Of a DNA stretch of 64,000 nt, positions 9,532 to 19,237 are shown piece after piece; the stretch's first letter is position 1, and every line of letters begins with the position of its first letter. A program made the translations under genes and the position numbers. This DNA comes from Nitrosopumilus sp. Lineage in GTDB: Archaea > Thermoproteota > Nitrososphaeria > Nitrososphaerales > Nitrosopumilaceae. The notes beneath the pieces were generated by a model. It saw nothing but the letters and a program-made list of their open reading frames with translations, made no database searches and was not told the origin of the DNA. The stretch is taken from the NCBI GenBank assembly GCA_965197525.1, contig OZ240211.1, forward strand, positions 1,728,001-1,792,000, given 5' to 3'.

Positions 9532-11628
9532 ATGACAGAGTCAGTCTTTCTATCTCCAAAATCAATTGCAATCATTGGGGCATCTGATAAAAGAGGAAGC
9601 GTTGGTGCTACCATCACCTCAAACATTATGAACGGTTTTCAGGGTATCGTCTATCCGATTAGTCCCTCACGGGACACTGTATTTTACAAAAAAGCATACA
9701 AAACGGTCCTTGACGTTCCAAAACCCATAGATCTTGCAGTAATTGTTATTAAAAATACCCTAGTCGCACACGTTCTAGAAGAATGTGGCAAGAAAAAGAT
9801 CAAAGGTGTCATCATAATCACTGCTGGTTTCAAGGAGGTCGATGACGAGGGCGCAAAGCGTGAAGAAGAGTTAAAAGCCATATCCAAAAAATATGGCATT
9901 CAAATTATCGGGCCAAACTGTCTTGGCGTCATGAATCTTGCCCCAAAGACCATGATGAACTCTACTTTTCTTAAAATTACTCCAAAGTCAGGCGCCATTG
10001 CCTTGGTGTCCCAAAGCGGCGCAATATGTGCAGCGCTAGTTGAGGATGCTAGCGCACAAGGAATTGGTTTTTCAGCAGTTGTCAGTCTTGGAAACAAGGC
10101 TGCAATGAGCGAGGTTGATATTTTGAAGATACTTGCAAAACACAACCAGACCAAAGTTATCGTAATGTATCTTGAAGACATGGGTGATGGCCAGGAATTC
10201 CTCAAGGTCTGCAAACATATTACCAAAAAACTAAAGAAACCTGTTCTGGTTCTCAAATCAGGACGCAGCCCTGAAGGTGCCAAGGCTGCAATGTCTCATA
10301 CGGGAGCGTTGATGGGATCTGATGAGATTTATGACGCATTACTCAAACAATCAGGTGCAATCAGAGTAGATACCATGGAGGAGCTATTCGATTATGCAAC
10401 TGCCTTCTCAAAACAGCCCCTGCCTGTAACAGGCGATCTTGTGATTGTTTCAAACGCCGGCGGCCCTGCTATTATCTCAACTGATGCCTGTTCTAAAATG
10501 AACATCAAGATGGCAAACATCTCTAGTATTAGCAAAAAAATTGATTCTGTGATTCCGCCTTGGGGAAGTTCTAGAAACCCCGTTGACATTGTAGGCGATG
10601 CTGATTTTAACAGATTCCATAATGTTTTAGACAGAGTGCTGGCGCATCCCAAAGTGGGTTCTGTAGTGTCAATGTGTACACCTTCTGGAACCCTAGACTA
10701 CGACAAACTAGCAGAAGTCATCGTTGCCATGTCTAAAAAATACAAAAAGACAATGCTTGCAAGCTTGATGGGACTAGACGAGGGCATAACCAATCGTGAA
10801 ATTCTGGCCAAGGGCAACATCCCGTATTATAATTATGCAGAAGGTGCAATCAGAACACTTGCAGCCATGATAAGATTTGCCAATTGGACTACGGCACCTG
10901 CAGGTAACATTACAAAGTTCACAGTCAAAAAAGCAAAGGTACGCAGGATACTCAATAAAGCCAAATCTGAAAATAGGCCAAATCTTTTAGAAGAGGAAGG
11001 TCTGCAAATCCTCCAAGCATACGGGTTCCCATTACCATCTAGTGCATTGGCCTCTAATGCTAATCAAGCAGTCACCATTGCCAAGAATATCGGCTATCCT
11101 GTTGTAATGAAGATAGCCTCTCCTCAAATTATTCACAAATCCGATGCAGGCGGGGTTATGGTAAATCTGCAAAACGATTCTCAAGTCAAATCCGCGTTTG
11201 AGACAATTATTGCCAATGCGAAAAAATATGATTCCAAGGCTGAGATCAAGGGTGTCTTGATAGTTGAGATGGTAAAGGGAGGCAAGGAACTGATTATCGG
11301 CTCAAAGCATGAACCTGGATTCGGCCCTGTAATCATGCTAGGGATGGGCGGAATATACGTAGAGGTTCTCAAAGATGTCACATTCAAACTAGCACCCGTG
11401 ACTGATAATGAGGCAGATGACATGATAGCCTCAATTAAGACACAAAAACTCCTTCAAGGCGTTAGAGGCGAGAAACCCTCTGATATTGCAATGCTCTCAG
11501 AATGTATCCAGAGATTATCTCAACTAGTTTCAGACTTTGATGAGATAAAAGAGCTTGACATGAATCCTGTTCTAGTCATGGAGAAAGGCAAGGGATGTCG
11601 TATTCTTGATGTCCGAATCGGTCTTTAA
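9532..11628 (+). CDS. ADP-forming acyl-CoA synthetase, probable 4-hydroxybutyrate-CoA ligase of the HP/HB cycle
   Basis: CoA-binding domain (IAIIGAS), GPNCLG, SQSGA, SHTGAL phospho-His, C-terminal ATP-grasp (HKSDAGGV). Adjacent to 4-hydroxybutyryl-CoA dehydratase as in Nitrosopumilus. Confidence 0.88.
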   Translation: MTESVFLSPKSIAIIGASDKRGSVGATITSNIMNGFQGIVYPISPSRDTVFYKKAYKTVLDVPKPIDLAVIVIKNTLVAHVLEECGKKKIKGVIIITAGFKEVDDEGAKREEELKAISKKYGIQIIGPNCLGVMNLAPKTMMNSTFLKITPKSGAIALVSQSGAICAALVEDASAQGIGFSAVVSLGNKAAMSEVDILKILAKHNQTKVIVMYLEDMGDGQEFLKVCKHITKKLKKPVLVLKSGRSPEGAKAAMSHTGALMGSDEIYDALLKQSGAIRVDTMEELFDYATAFSKQPLPVTGDLVIVSNAGGPAIISTDACSKMNIKMANISSISKKIDSVIPPWGSSRNPVDIVGDADFNRFHNVLDRVLAHPKVGSVVSMCTPSGTLDYDKLAEVIVAMSKKYKKTMLASLMGLDEGITNREILAKGNIPYYNYAEGAIRTLAAMIRFANWTTAPAGNITKFTVKKAKVRRILNKAKSENRPNLLEEEGLQILQAYGFPLPSSALASNANQAVTIAKNIGYPVVMKIASPQIIHKSDAGGVMVNLQNDSQVKSAFETIIANAKKYDSKAEIKGVLIVEMVKGGKELIIGSKHEPGFGPVIMLGMGGIYVEVLKDVTFKLAPVTDNEADDMIASIKTQKLLQGVRGEKPSDIAMLSECIQRLSQLVSDFDEIKELDMNPVLVMEKGKGCRILDVRIGL

Positions 11629-11717
11629 TTGTTTTGTACCTAGATTTATCTTTAAATTACTCTATAGACTATTTATACAACGTATGGTTAGTAATACTAT
11701 AGGAGTGATGCATACTT

Positions 11718-13247
11718 TTGATGAATGATCTAATAAAACCCATCAGAACAGGTGATGATTACATTCAAAGCCTTCGAGGACGTGATCTTAAGATTTACCT
11801 CTTCGGCGAGTTGGTAAAAGAGCCAGTAGACCATCCTATGATTCGACCGTCAATCAATGCAGTTGCAGAGACGTATGATCTTGCAGTACGTGAAGAGTCT
11901 TTGGCCTCTGCTGATTCATCCATTACCGGACTGCGAGTCAACAGATTTTTGCATATTGCCGAGAGTGCACAGGATTTGGTTTTACAAAACAAGATGCAGA
12001 GAAAGTTAGGACAAAACACTGGTACATGTTTTCAGAGATGTGTTGGCATGGATGCACTAAATTCTCTACATTCTACTACATTTGAGATTGATGAGAAACA
12101 TGGTACCAATTACCATAAGCGATTCTTGGACTTTGTAAAGATGGTCCAAGAGCAAAATCTTGTAATTGGAGGTGCTATGACTGATCCAAAAGGTGATAGA
12201 AGCAAGGGACCTGCTCAACAAGATGATCCTGATTTGTTTACACGTATTGTAGCCACTGACGACAAGGGTGTTTATGTCTCTGGGGCAAAGGCGCATCAAA
12301 CTGGTTGTATTAACTCACACTGGATAATTTTAATGCCTACGGTAAGACTAACAGAAGATGATAGAGATTGGGCCATCGTAGGTGCAGTTCCTGCAGATGT
12401 AAATGGCATCACATACATTTACGGTAGACAGTCATGTGATACCAGAAGCATGGAGGAAGGTGACATTGATGCAGGTAACGCAAAATTTGGTGGACAGGAG
12501 GCTTTGATGATTTTGGATAGAGTGTTTATTCCATGGGATAAAATTTTCATGCACGGTGAATATGAATTTGCATCAATGCTAATTGAACGATTCACGTGTT
12601 ATCATAGACGAAGCTATGTCTGTAAAACCGGATTGGGTGACGTCCTGATTGGTGCAGCAGCTACCATATCTGATTACAATGGCGTTCCAAAAGTGTCACA
12701 CATCAAAGACAAGATTATAGAGATGACTCATCTAAATGAAACAATATTTGCTGCAGGAATTGCATCATCTCATCAGGGACATCAGATGAAATCAGGAGTA
12801 TATCTTAATGATGATATGCTTGCCCAAGTTTGTAAACACAACGTTACGCGATTTCCGTATGAGATTAGTAGACTGGCCCAAGACATTGCAGGCGGATTGG
12901 TAGTAACACTACCCTCTGAAAAGGACTTTAAGCATCCTGAAGCAGGTCCATTACTAAAAAAATATCTTGTTGGAAGGAAAGGTGTTGATGTTGAAAACAG
13001 GATGCGAATTTTAAGGCTAATTGAGAATATGACCCTTGGCAGAAATGCAGTCGGATACCTGACTGAATCAATGCATGGCGCCGGCTCACCTCAGGCACAA
13101 AGAATTCAGATTCAGAGACAGATGCAGTTAGGATACAAAAAGAATTTGGCCAAAAATTTGGCTGGAATCAAAAATGATGTTGAGGAACCCAAGGAGAACT
13201 CTGAGTATTTTAAACGAGTCTTTAAGACAAAAGATTCAGTCTTGTAG
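11718..13247 (+). CDS. abfD: 4-hydroxybutyryl-CoA dehydratase
   Basis: TCFQRCVGMDA cluster-binding motif, GAMTDPKGDRS, GAKAHQTG, YHRRSYVCK, HGAGSPQAQ. Confidence 0.96.
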   Translation: MMNDLIKPIRTGDDYIQSLRGRDLKIYLFGELVKEPVDHPMIRPSINAVAETYDLAVREESLASADSSITGLRVNRFLHIAESAQDLVLQNKMQRKLGQNTGTCFQRCVGMDALNSLHSTTFEIDEKHGTNYHKRFLDFVKMVQEQNLVIGGAMTDPKGDRSKGPAQQDDPDLFTRIVATDDKGVYVSGAKAHQTGCINSHWIILMPTVRLTEDDRDWAIVGAVPADVNGITYIYGRQSCDTRSMEEGDIDAGNAKFGGQEALMILDRVFIPWDKIFMHGEYEFASMLIERFTCYHRRSYVCKTGLGDVLIGAAATISDYNGVPKVSHIKDKIIEMTHLNETIFAAGIASSHQGHQMKSGVYLNDDMLAQVCKHNVTRFPYEISRLAQDIAGGLVVTLPSEKDFKHPEAGPLLKKYLVGRKGVDVENRMRILRLIENMTLGRNAVGYLTESMHGAGSPQAQRIQIQRQMQLGYKKNLAKNLAGIKNDVEEPKENSEYFKRVFKTKDSVL

Positions 13248-13498
13248 TTAAAAACAAAAGCAAAAACAAAAAAAAATCTAACTATTCGTAGACGATGCCA
13301 ATGTTTTGATTGTGGCATGCAGTACGACTGTTCTCAAAGTTCCTGTGTCATTTACACTCTAAACTCTTAAACACTCTCTAGGCGTTTTGACATGCTTGAA
13401 TCAAATATTTTTTATACATATACTGAAGATTAGAATTTGTACAGCGATGTAATTTTTTTATCTATTATCTGTTAATTGCTATCTTTTTTTGATTCTTC

Positions 13499-14245
13499 TT
13501 ATTTTACTGTTTTATCCAGTGTCGAGTCGTCGTCATCTTCATCGTCGTCATCTACTTCTTCGTCTACTTCTACTTCCTCTTTTACTGTTTTATCCAGTGT
13601 CGAGTCATCATCTTTTTTTACCATCTCTTCATCTGATATCTCTTCATTATCTATGTATGCTGGTTCTGGTTGGATGCTGTCTATGCTACTCATATCTTCA
13701 GTTGCATCTGAATTGTCTGACTCTAAATAATCTATTTTTCTTTCTCTCTTCTTTCTTATCTGCCATTTTAAAATCATAATCCCTATAACAACCGCAATTA
13801 TGATATAGTTGACAGGCGGTTTTATCACCTGGGTCGCATATCCTACTTGTGGGATTACATGTTCCACTTTTCCAATATACTCATCTACTGTAATCGGATA
13901 GTCAGTTCCCGGAATCGATGCTGAATTTGCATCACCTTGTGTTCTTATTGTTCTAGGATCGTCTTCTATAATTGACACAACTCTATGCACAATTACTCTA
14001 TTATGATCTGATGGTCGATTAAATACAATTATGTCTCCTACTTCGATATTTTCAAACGGTTCGTGACCTTGAACCACCAAAACATCATATACCTGTAAAA
14101 CCGGAATCATGCTTCCGCTAGCCACAACATAAAATGGATTTGGCGTTCCAAAGATTATGTTAATCCCTACCATAATTATCAAAAGACCAACGACTACAAT
14201 TAGGATAGTCTTGATCGTTTCTTTTGGAATTGTTTTACCAGCCAA
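13499..14245 (-). CDS. signal peptidase I (archaeal S26B type) with acidic repetitive tail
   Basis: N-terminal TM, VVASGSMIP catalytic Ser, IVHRVV, TQGDAN, second TM, Asp/Glu-rich C-terminus. Confidence 0.9.
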   Translation of the reverse strand: MAGKTIPKETIKTILIVVVGLLIIMVGINIIFGTPNPFYVVASGSMIPVLQVYDVLVVQGHEPFENIEVGDIIVFNRPSDHNRVIVHRVVSIIEDDPRTIRTQGDANSASIPGTDYPITVDEYIGKVEHVIPQVGYATQVIKPPVNYIIIAVVIGIMILKWQIRKKRERKIDYLESDNSDATEDMSSIDSIQPEPAYIDNEEISDEEMVKKDDDSTLDKTVKEEVEVDEEVDDDDEDDDDSTLDKTVK

Positions 14246-14282
14246 TTATTTTATCGCCAAAATTATTCCTTGTTTACATTTA

Positions 14283-15098
14283 CTAGGTTATCTTATTTCC
14301 ACATTCTTCACAAAACTTTGAACCTGCTTTGTTGGCAAATCCGCAATTCACGCATTTTGATGACGATGCAGTATCTTCTTGTTGCAGCTGCTGTTGTGTT
14401 TTATCTTCCGGTCTTCCTAAAAGAACTACTTCTCCAATTTTTCTGATATTTGTCCATGGTACACTGAACTCTGTATTGTTGTCTGTTCCAACCATTACTA
14501 GTACCATAGTCTGTGTGGAATCAATCCCAACTTGTTTTGCCGTCCCAATTTTGTTTGCGTTTTCATCATATACTGTTTTTCCTTCAATTAATGTAACTGG
14601 ATTTACCTCTGTTGATTCAGGTTGCACAACCGTCTCTTGGGGTGATGCAATTTCAGCAACAACAGCAGCAGTATCTTCCTTCTGCTCTTCAGGTTGCACA
14701 GCCGTTTCTTGCGGTGCAACAACACTCTCTGTATGTGAATCATCAAGTGGTTTTGCACTACCAATATCTTCTAACTCGTTTTGTTTTTTGAACTCTCTAT
14801 ACTCTGCAATTGAGGCACTACATGCACTGCAAATGTATTGACCTTTTTCAGCTAGTATTAGGTTTTCTGCAACTTCTTCATTCGGATTCTCAAATTCTAT
14901 CTTTGGAGGACCTTCAAATTCTTTCTCACAAGTATTGCAAAAATATTTAGTAATTTTTTCAGCGTCTAATCTTCCAATAGGTGCTAAAAATAGATCAGGA
15001 CCTCCTAGATTTCCTTTTGTCTGCTGTTCATCATTTACCGTAGCCATAACATAACCTCCTGACCCTCTTAATTTTTTTAGTCGAAGTTCAGAACTCAT
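14283..15098 (-). CDS. zinc-ribbon / PRC-barrel domain protein
   Basis: CxxC pairs (CNTC, CSAC), PRC-like segment GKTVYDENANKIG, C-terminal CVNCG..KFCEECG. Confidence 0.8.
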   Translation of the reverse strand: MSSELRLKKLRGSGGYVMATVNDEQQTKGNLGGPDLFLAPIGRLDAEKITKYFCNTCEKEFEGPPKIEFENPNEEVAENLILAEKGQYICSACSASIAEYREFKKQNELEDIGSAKPLDDSHTESVVAPQETAVQPEEQKEDTAAVVAEIASPQETVVQPESTEVNPVTLIEGKTVYDENANKIGTAKQVGIDSTQTMVLVMVGTDNNTEFSVPWTNIRKIGEVVLLGRPEDKTQQQLQQEDTASSSKCVNCGFANKAGSKFCEECGNKIT

Positions 15099-15208
15099 GT
15101 TAGATTTTAATTAAAACGTCATTTAAGTATATATCAAAACTAACAATCTTGCTGAAAATAAATATAATTTTGGTGAACATTTTTAGGTGTGTTAGTTTGA
15201 AATATCTT

Positions 15209-15535
15209 ATGCCAGTTACAAAAATTTCGGATGCAAAAACATGGGAGATCGACGTTATAAATTCTGACCTTCCGGTATTTGTAGACTTTTGGGCTGAATG
15301 GTGTGGTCCATGTAGGATGGTAGGTCCTGTAGTTGAAGAATTAGCAAACGACTATGATGGTAAAGTAAAATTTGTCAAAGTCAATGTTGATGAGGCCAAC
15401 GAGTTGGCATCAAAATACAACGTCTTTAGCATACCAACACTCGTACTTCTTAACAAGGGTGAAATCGTTAGTCAACAAGTAGGTGCCGCTTCTAAAGACT
15501 CGTACAAAAATATGATCGATAGAGCTTTGGCATAA
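15209..15535 (+). CDS. trxA: thioredoxin
   Basis: DFWAEWCGPC active site, SIPT cis-Pro; ATG at 15209. Confidence 0.95.
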   Translation: MPVTKISDAKTWEIDVINSDLPVFVDFWAEWCGPCRMVGPVVEELANDYDGKVKFVKVNVDEANELASKYNVFSIPTLVLLNKGEIVSQQVGAASKDSYKNMIDRALA

Positions 15536-15744
15536 TTACCTAACACGTCTTTATTTTTCATTCTCCCTTATAGCACGCTGCTGATCTTTTTAATGTCTTG
15601 TTGGAATTTTTATAATTTTGTGCTTGAATTAATCTGGTACTTCTCACTCTCAACAATTTAGCATCTCGTCATTTAGACAAACAAGCATATACTCTAATTG
15701 TTTGAATTCTAAAGTAATTAATATTACAAAATCTCACACAAATC

Positions 15745-16272
15745 ATGTCATTTGGTGAAGTAGACACGCTAAACATGTTATTTGATAAACTCTCCAGTCT
15801 GTTTGATGACTCTCAGGGTTACTATGAATCATTTCTTGATACCAACAATATGTACAAAAAAGGTTTGATCAGTGACAAGGAATTTTTTCAAAAATTAGGT
15901 GATTATACCGTAGCATACTCTGCATTAGAATTTTTAGCAATCAAAGTAATGTTTGAGATGAGAAAGTCATTGGGCCCTGCTTCTGGAAATACCCAATCAC
16001 CCGGATTGATGCCAGGAATGGGAAATCCTTCAATGATGGCTGCAGGTGGTGCGAGTGTACCACCAAGATCTGGCACTGCTGCAAATCCTGTAGGTGGCAG
16101 TCCGCCAGGAATTGTCTCTGCACAAGAAGCGTTTGGAGATGTTGGAACATTACCCTCACCTAATCCTGCACTAGTCCCAAGACAATCTACACCTCAAAAC
16201 GGATGTTCTTCCTGTGGTGCAGCTTTACGGGCAAACGCAAAATTTTGCACAAAGTGTGGCACTAAAGCCTAG
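15745..16272 (+). CDS. zinc-ribbon domain protein
   Basis: Helical N-terminus, Pro/Gly-rich linker, C-terminal CSSCG..AKFCTKCG. Confidence 0.8.
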   Translation: MSFGEVDTLNMLFDKLSSLFDDSQGYYESFLDTNNMYKKGLISDKEFFQKLGDYTVAYSALEFLAIKVMFEMRKSLGPASGNTQSPGLMPGMGNPSMMAAGGASVPPRSGTAANPVGGSPPGIVSAQEAFGDVGTLPSPNPALVPRQSTPQNGCSSCGAALRANAKFCTKCGTKA

Positions 16273-16321
16273 TCATAACTAAACGATTCTCTGTTACTAG
16301 GTATATTATAATAAAAATCGC

Positions 16322-16681
16322 TTACTCTTGAGTTGACCCACATTCAGGGCAGAATTTTGCAGTTGCTGAAATATTTGCTCCACATTCAGAACAGAACTTG
16401 CCGTCTGCTTGTTGTTCATTGTACGCATTTCCAATAACTGCTGTGCTTCTAACTGCTCCTGATGGTTCATACTTGTCGTCATCAATTAAGACTGGTTCAA
16501 AGTCCTGCTCTGTCAAGAATGTCATCATTCTTGGAATTCCTTTTTCACTGTTGTTTGGATCTGGGACTGAATCACCTAGCCAAAAAGCGAATCTCATAAG
16601 AGTCAATTCCGGAGTAGAAAATGCCAACGTATGTTTTGACATGTACTCTTGTGCCGCTTTTTTACCATCAAAAACTTCCAT
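16322..16681 (-). CDS. zinc-ribbon domain protein
   Basis: C-terminal CSECG..AKFCPECG. Confidence 0.8.
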   Translation of the reverse strand: MEVFDGKKAAQEYMSKHTLAFSTPELTLMRFAFWLGDSVPDPNNSEKGIPRMMTFLTEQDFEPVLIDDDKYEPSGAVRSTAVIGNAYNEQQADGKFCSECGANISATAKFCPECGSTQE

Positions 16682-16725
16682 AATGGTGAATATGTTTTTT
16701 ATTTATTATAATAGTTACTAAAAAA

Positions 16726-16797
16726 TGGACCGGGAGGGAATCGAACCCTCGACAGCCTCGTTGCGAACGAGGTATTATACCCCTAAATCACCGGCCC
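16726..16797 (-). tRNA. tRNA-Ala(CGC)
   Basis: Cloverleaf GGGCCGG/CCGGTCC-A; anticodon arm CCTCG-TTCGCAA-CGAGG; T arm GAGGG-TTCGATT-CCCTC. Confidence 0.95.
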
Positions 16798-17064
16798 ACT
16801 AATCATTGGATTTTGTCTCTTCTTTTATTCATTCTCAACGTAGATTCTGTAACTGGTAGGATTTTTTATTTTATCAAGCTCTTGAGTCTGATGCATCAAG
16901 GCTGTAATCGTCTATAGTTGTGCCAATCTCAATAGCAAAGCATCTTAGATCCTGAGAATCTAGCACACTTCTCTGTCATCTGAGAAGTCATCCTTGTCTG
17001 CTATGAAGATGCATACGTCCATAACCCTCAACGCATAAAAACCCGAACCGCCTAAAATTTTTAG

Positions 17065-18468
17065 ATGACATATGATTCCATAATCACTGATTCCCATATA
17101 GTGCTCCCACAAGGAATACTGGAAAAAAACATCCTAATTGATGAGGGAAAGATTGTAGGGTTTACAAACGATACTCCGTCTTGTGATAATAAAATAAATG
17201 GCAACAACCTGATCTCAATACCCGGTCCTATTGACACACATACTCATTATGGTGTATACTCTCCAATTAATCAAGCAGCAAAGACTGAATCGCATGCTGC
17301 TGCAATCGGTGGAATAACTACCATGATGAGAATGCTTCGATTGGGTACAAGTTTTACCACATCACTGCAGTCTCAACTTGACGCTGCATCTCTTAATCAT
17401 TATATTGACTATGCCATTCATGCTTCTATCTTTACTTTACAACAGATAAGTGAGATGACATTTTGCATCAAAAAAGGGGTAACATCTTTTAAAATCTATA
17501 TGAATCTTGGGGGTAAAGTCGGTCATGTGTATATGGATATGCCTCCCAATTCATCTGCACTTGTTGCCGCCCAAGTTGACGTTACTGATGATATAGTACG
17601 GGAGACCGTAAAAACAGCTGCTGCACTTGGCTGTCCCGTATTGGTACATGCAGAAGACTATGAATCATGTGGATGTGGCATGCAGACTGCAAAAGAAAAA
17701 AATCAGGATGGTTTGTCTGCATGGTCTTCTAGTCGTTCTCCTGAATCTGAAGTCAAGGCGATAAAGACTGTATCTAAGTTCGGACGAGATTATAACTGTG
17801 TCATTTATTTTGTTCATATTGGTTCTAGACGTGCATTAGAGCAAATCACAAAAGAGAAGAAACTAGGGACAAAAATCTTTGTAGAGACATGTCCACATTA
17901 TCTTACATTATCTTATGATACGCAGTCAGGCTATCTTGCCAAGGTTATGCCTCCAATTCGTACATCTGATGACTGTCAGGCAGTATGGAGTGCCTTGTCT
18001 GAAAACCGTATTGACACGATAGGTACTGACCATGTGGCAAATCAGCTCAAACTAAAACTAGACGGCAATGATGTCTGGAGCGCTCTTGCAGGATTCCCTG
18101 GAATTGGAACCGTGTTGCCGTTATTACTGCACTATGGAGTTAATCAGCACAAGATTACACTTGAGCAGTTTGTAAAGTTTACAAGCCAAAATGCTGCCCA
18201 AATTTTTGGAATGTACCCTCAAAAAGGTATGTTGTCTATACATTCTGATGCAGATATTACAATGATCGATTTGAAAAAAGAACAAAAAGTTACATCTGAT
18301 CTGTTTGGTGGATTTTCTGACTATATTGTATATGAGGGAAGGAATCTGAAAGGATGGCCTGTTAAGACAATTGTTCGCGGCGAGCTGGTCGCAGATGATT
18401 TTGAGATTGTTGGAAGATTGGGTCACGGCAGGCTTGTTGAGCGAAAAATCAACTCTTTGTCTAATTAA
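17065..18468 (+). CDS. cyclic amidohydrolase (dihydropyrimidinase/hydantoinase/dihydroorotase family)
   Basis: PGPIDTHTH metal motif, SFKIY carboxy-Lys, VHAE, ETCPHYL, IGTDH, GFPG. Confidence 0.88.
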   Translation: MTYDSIITDSHIVLPQGILEKNILIDEGKIVGFTNDTPSCDNKINGNNLISIPGPIDTHTHYGVYSPINQAAKTESHAAAIGGITTMMRMLRLGTSFTTSLQSQLDAASLNHYIDYAIHASIFTLQQISEMTFCIKKGVTSFKIYMNLGGKVGHVYMDMPPNSSALVAAQVDVTDDIVRETVKTAAALGCPVLVHAEDYESCGCGMQTAKEKNQDGLSAWSSSRSPESEVKAIKTVSKFGRDYNCVIYFVHIGSRRALEQITKEKKLGTKIFVETCPHYLTLSYDTQSGYLAKVMPPIRTSDDCQAVWSALSENRIDTIGTDHVANQLKLKLDGNDVWSALAGFPGIGTVLPLLLHYGVNQHKITLEQFVKFTSQNAAQIFGMYPQKGMLSIHSDADITMIDLKKEQKVTSDLFGGFSDYIVYEGRNLKGWPVKTIVRGELVADDFEIVGRLGHGRLVERKINSLSN

Positions 18469-18550
18469 TTGTAAATGATGTTATGCGCAAATAATTTTTT
18501 ATAATCTGGCAATACGTACATACATACCGAATCTTCTATTCTCACGAATT

Positions 18551-19237
18551 TCAAAGAATATCATATTTACCATTGGCTCTTGCCTTGTAAATAACATCAG
18601 GTCTTTTGAGAAATATTCCTGATTCTAATACTCCTCCGGTCTGTTTGATCTTTTTGGTCAGTGCTTTTGGATTCTTTATTGCTCCAAAGTCGCAATCTAA
18701 AATTATATTTCCATTTTCTGTAAAGAATGGATATCCATTTTGAAGTGTACGTATGCGTGCTCTTCCGCCCATCTTGCTAATGGCATCCGTAACGGGATTT
18801 CTCGCAAGTGTGTGCACTTCTACTGGAACGGCCATTGTAAAGTTTTTTACAAATTTTGTTTTATCTGCCATTACTACAATTTTTTTGGCATGGTTGAACA
18901 AAATATTCTCTTGAAGCAATGCGCCACCGCCACCCTTGATCAGATATCTCTCTGAATTGATCTGATCTGCACCGTCAAAGATTACATCAATGTGTTCTAC
19001 TTGGTTTGTCTCTACTAGCGGTATTTTGTATTTTTCTGCAATTAATCTAATCTGTAATGATGTTGGCACTCCTCGAATATTGTATCTCTTTGACTTTATC
19101 ATCGTTGCAAGTGATTCTGTAAATGCTCTGGCCGCTCGTCCACTGCCTAATCCTATTATGTCACCGTCTTTTACAAATTTTAACGCATCATTTGCTACTG
19201 ATTTTATGGCATCGTCATAACTGCTGCGACTTACCAG
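18551..19237 (-). CDS. rpiA: ribose-5-phosphate isomerase A (start probably non-canonical, upstream of the track ATG at 19102)
   Basis: FDGADQ, KGGGGALLQE, NGNIILD. The conserved IIGLGSG lies in frame upstream of 19102, and the frame is open to CTG at 19237. Confidence 0.88.
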   Translation of the reverse strand: MVSRSSYDDAIKSVANDALKFVKDGDIIGLGSGRAARAFTESLATMIKSKRYNIRGVPTSLQIRLIAEKYKIPLVETNQVEHIDVIFDGADQINSERYLIKGGGGALLQENILFNHAKKIVVMADKTKFVKNFTMAVPVEVHTLARNPVTDAISKMGGRARIRTLQNGYPFFTENGNIILDCDFGAIKNPKALTKKIKQTGGVLESGIFLKRPDVIYKARANGKYDIL

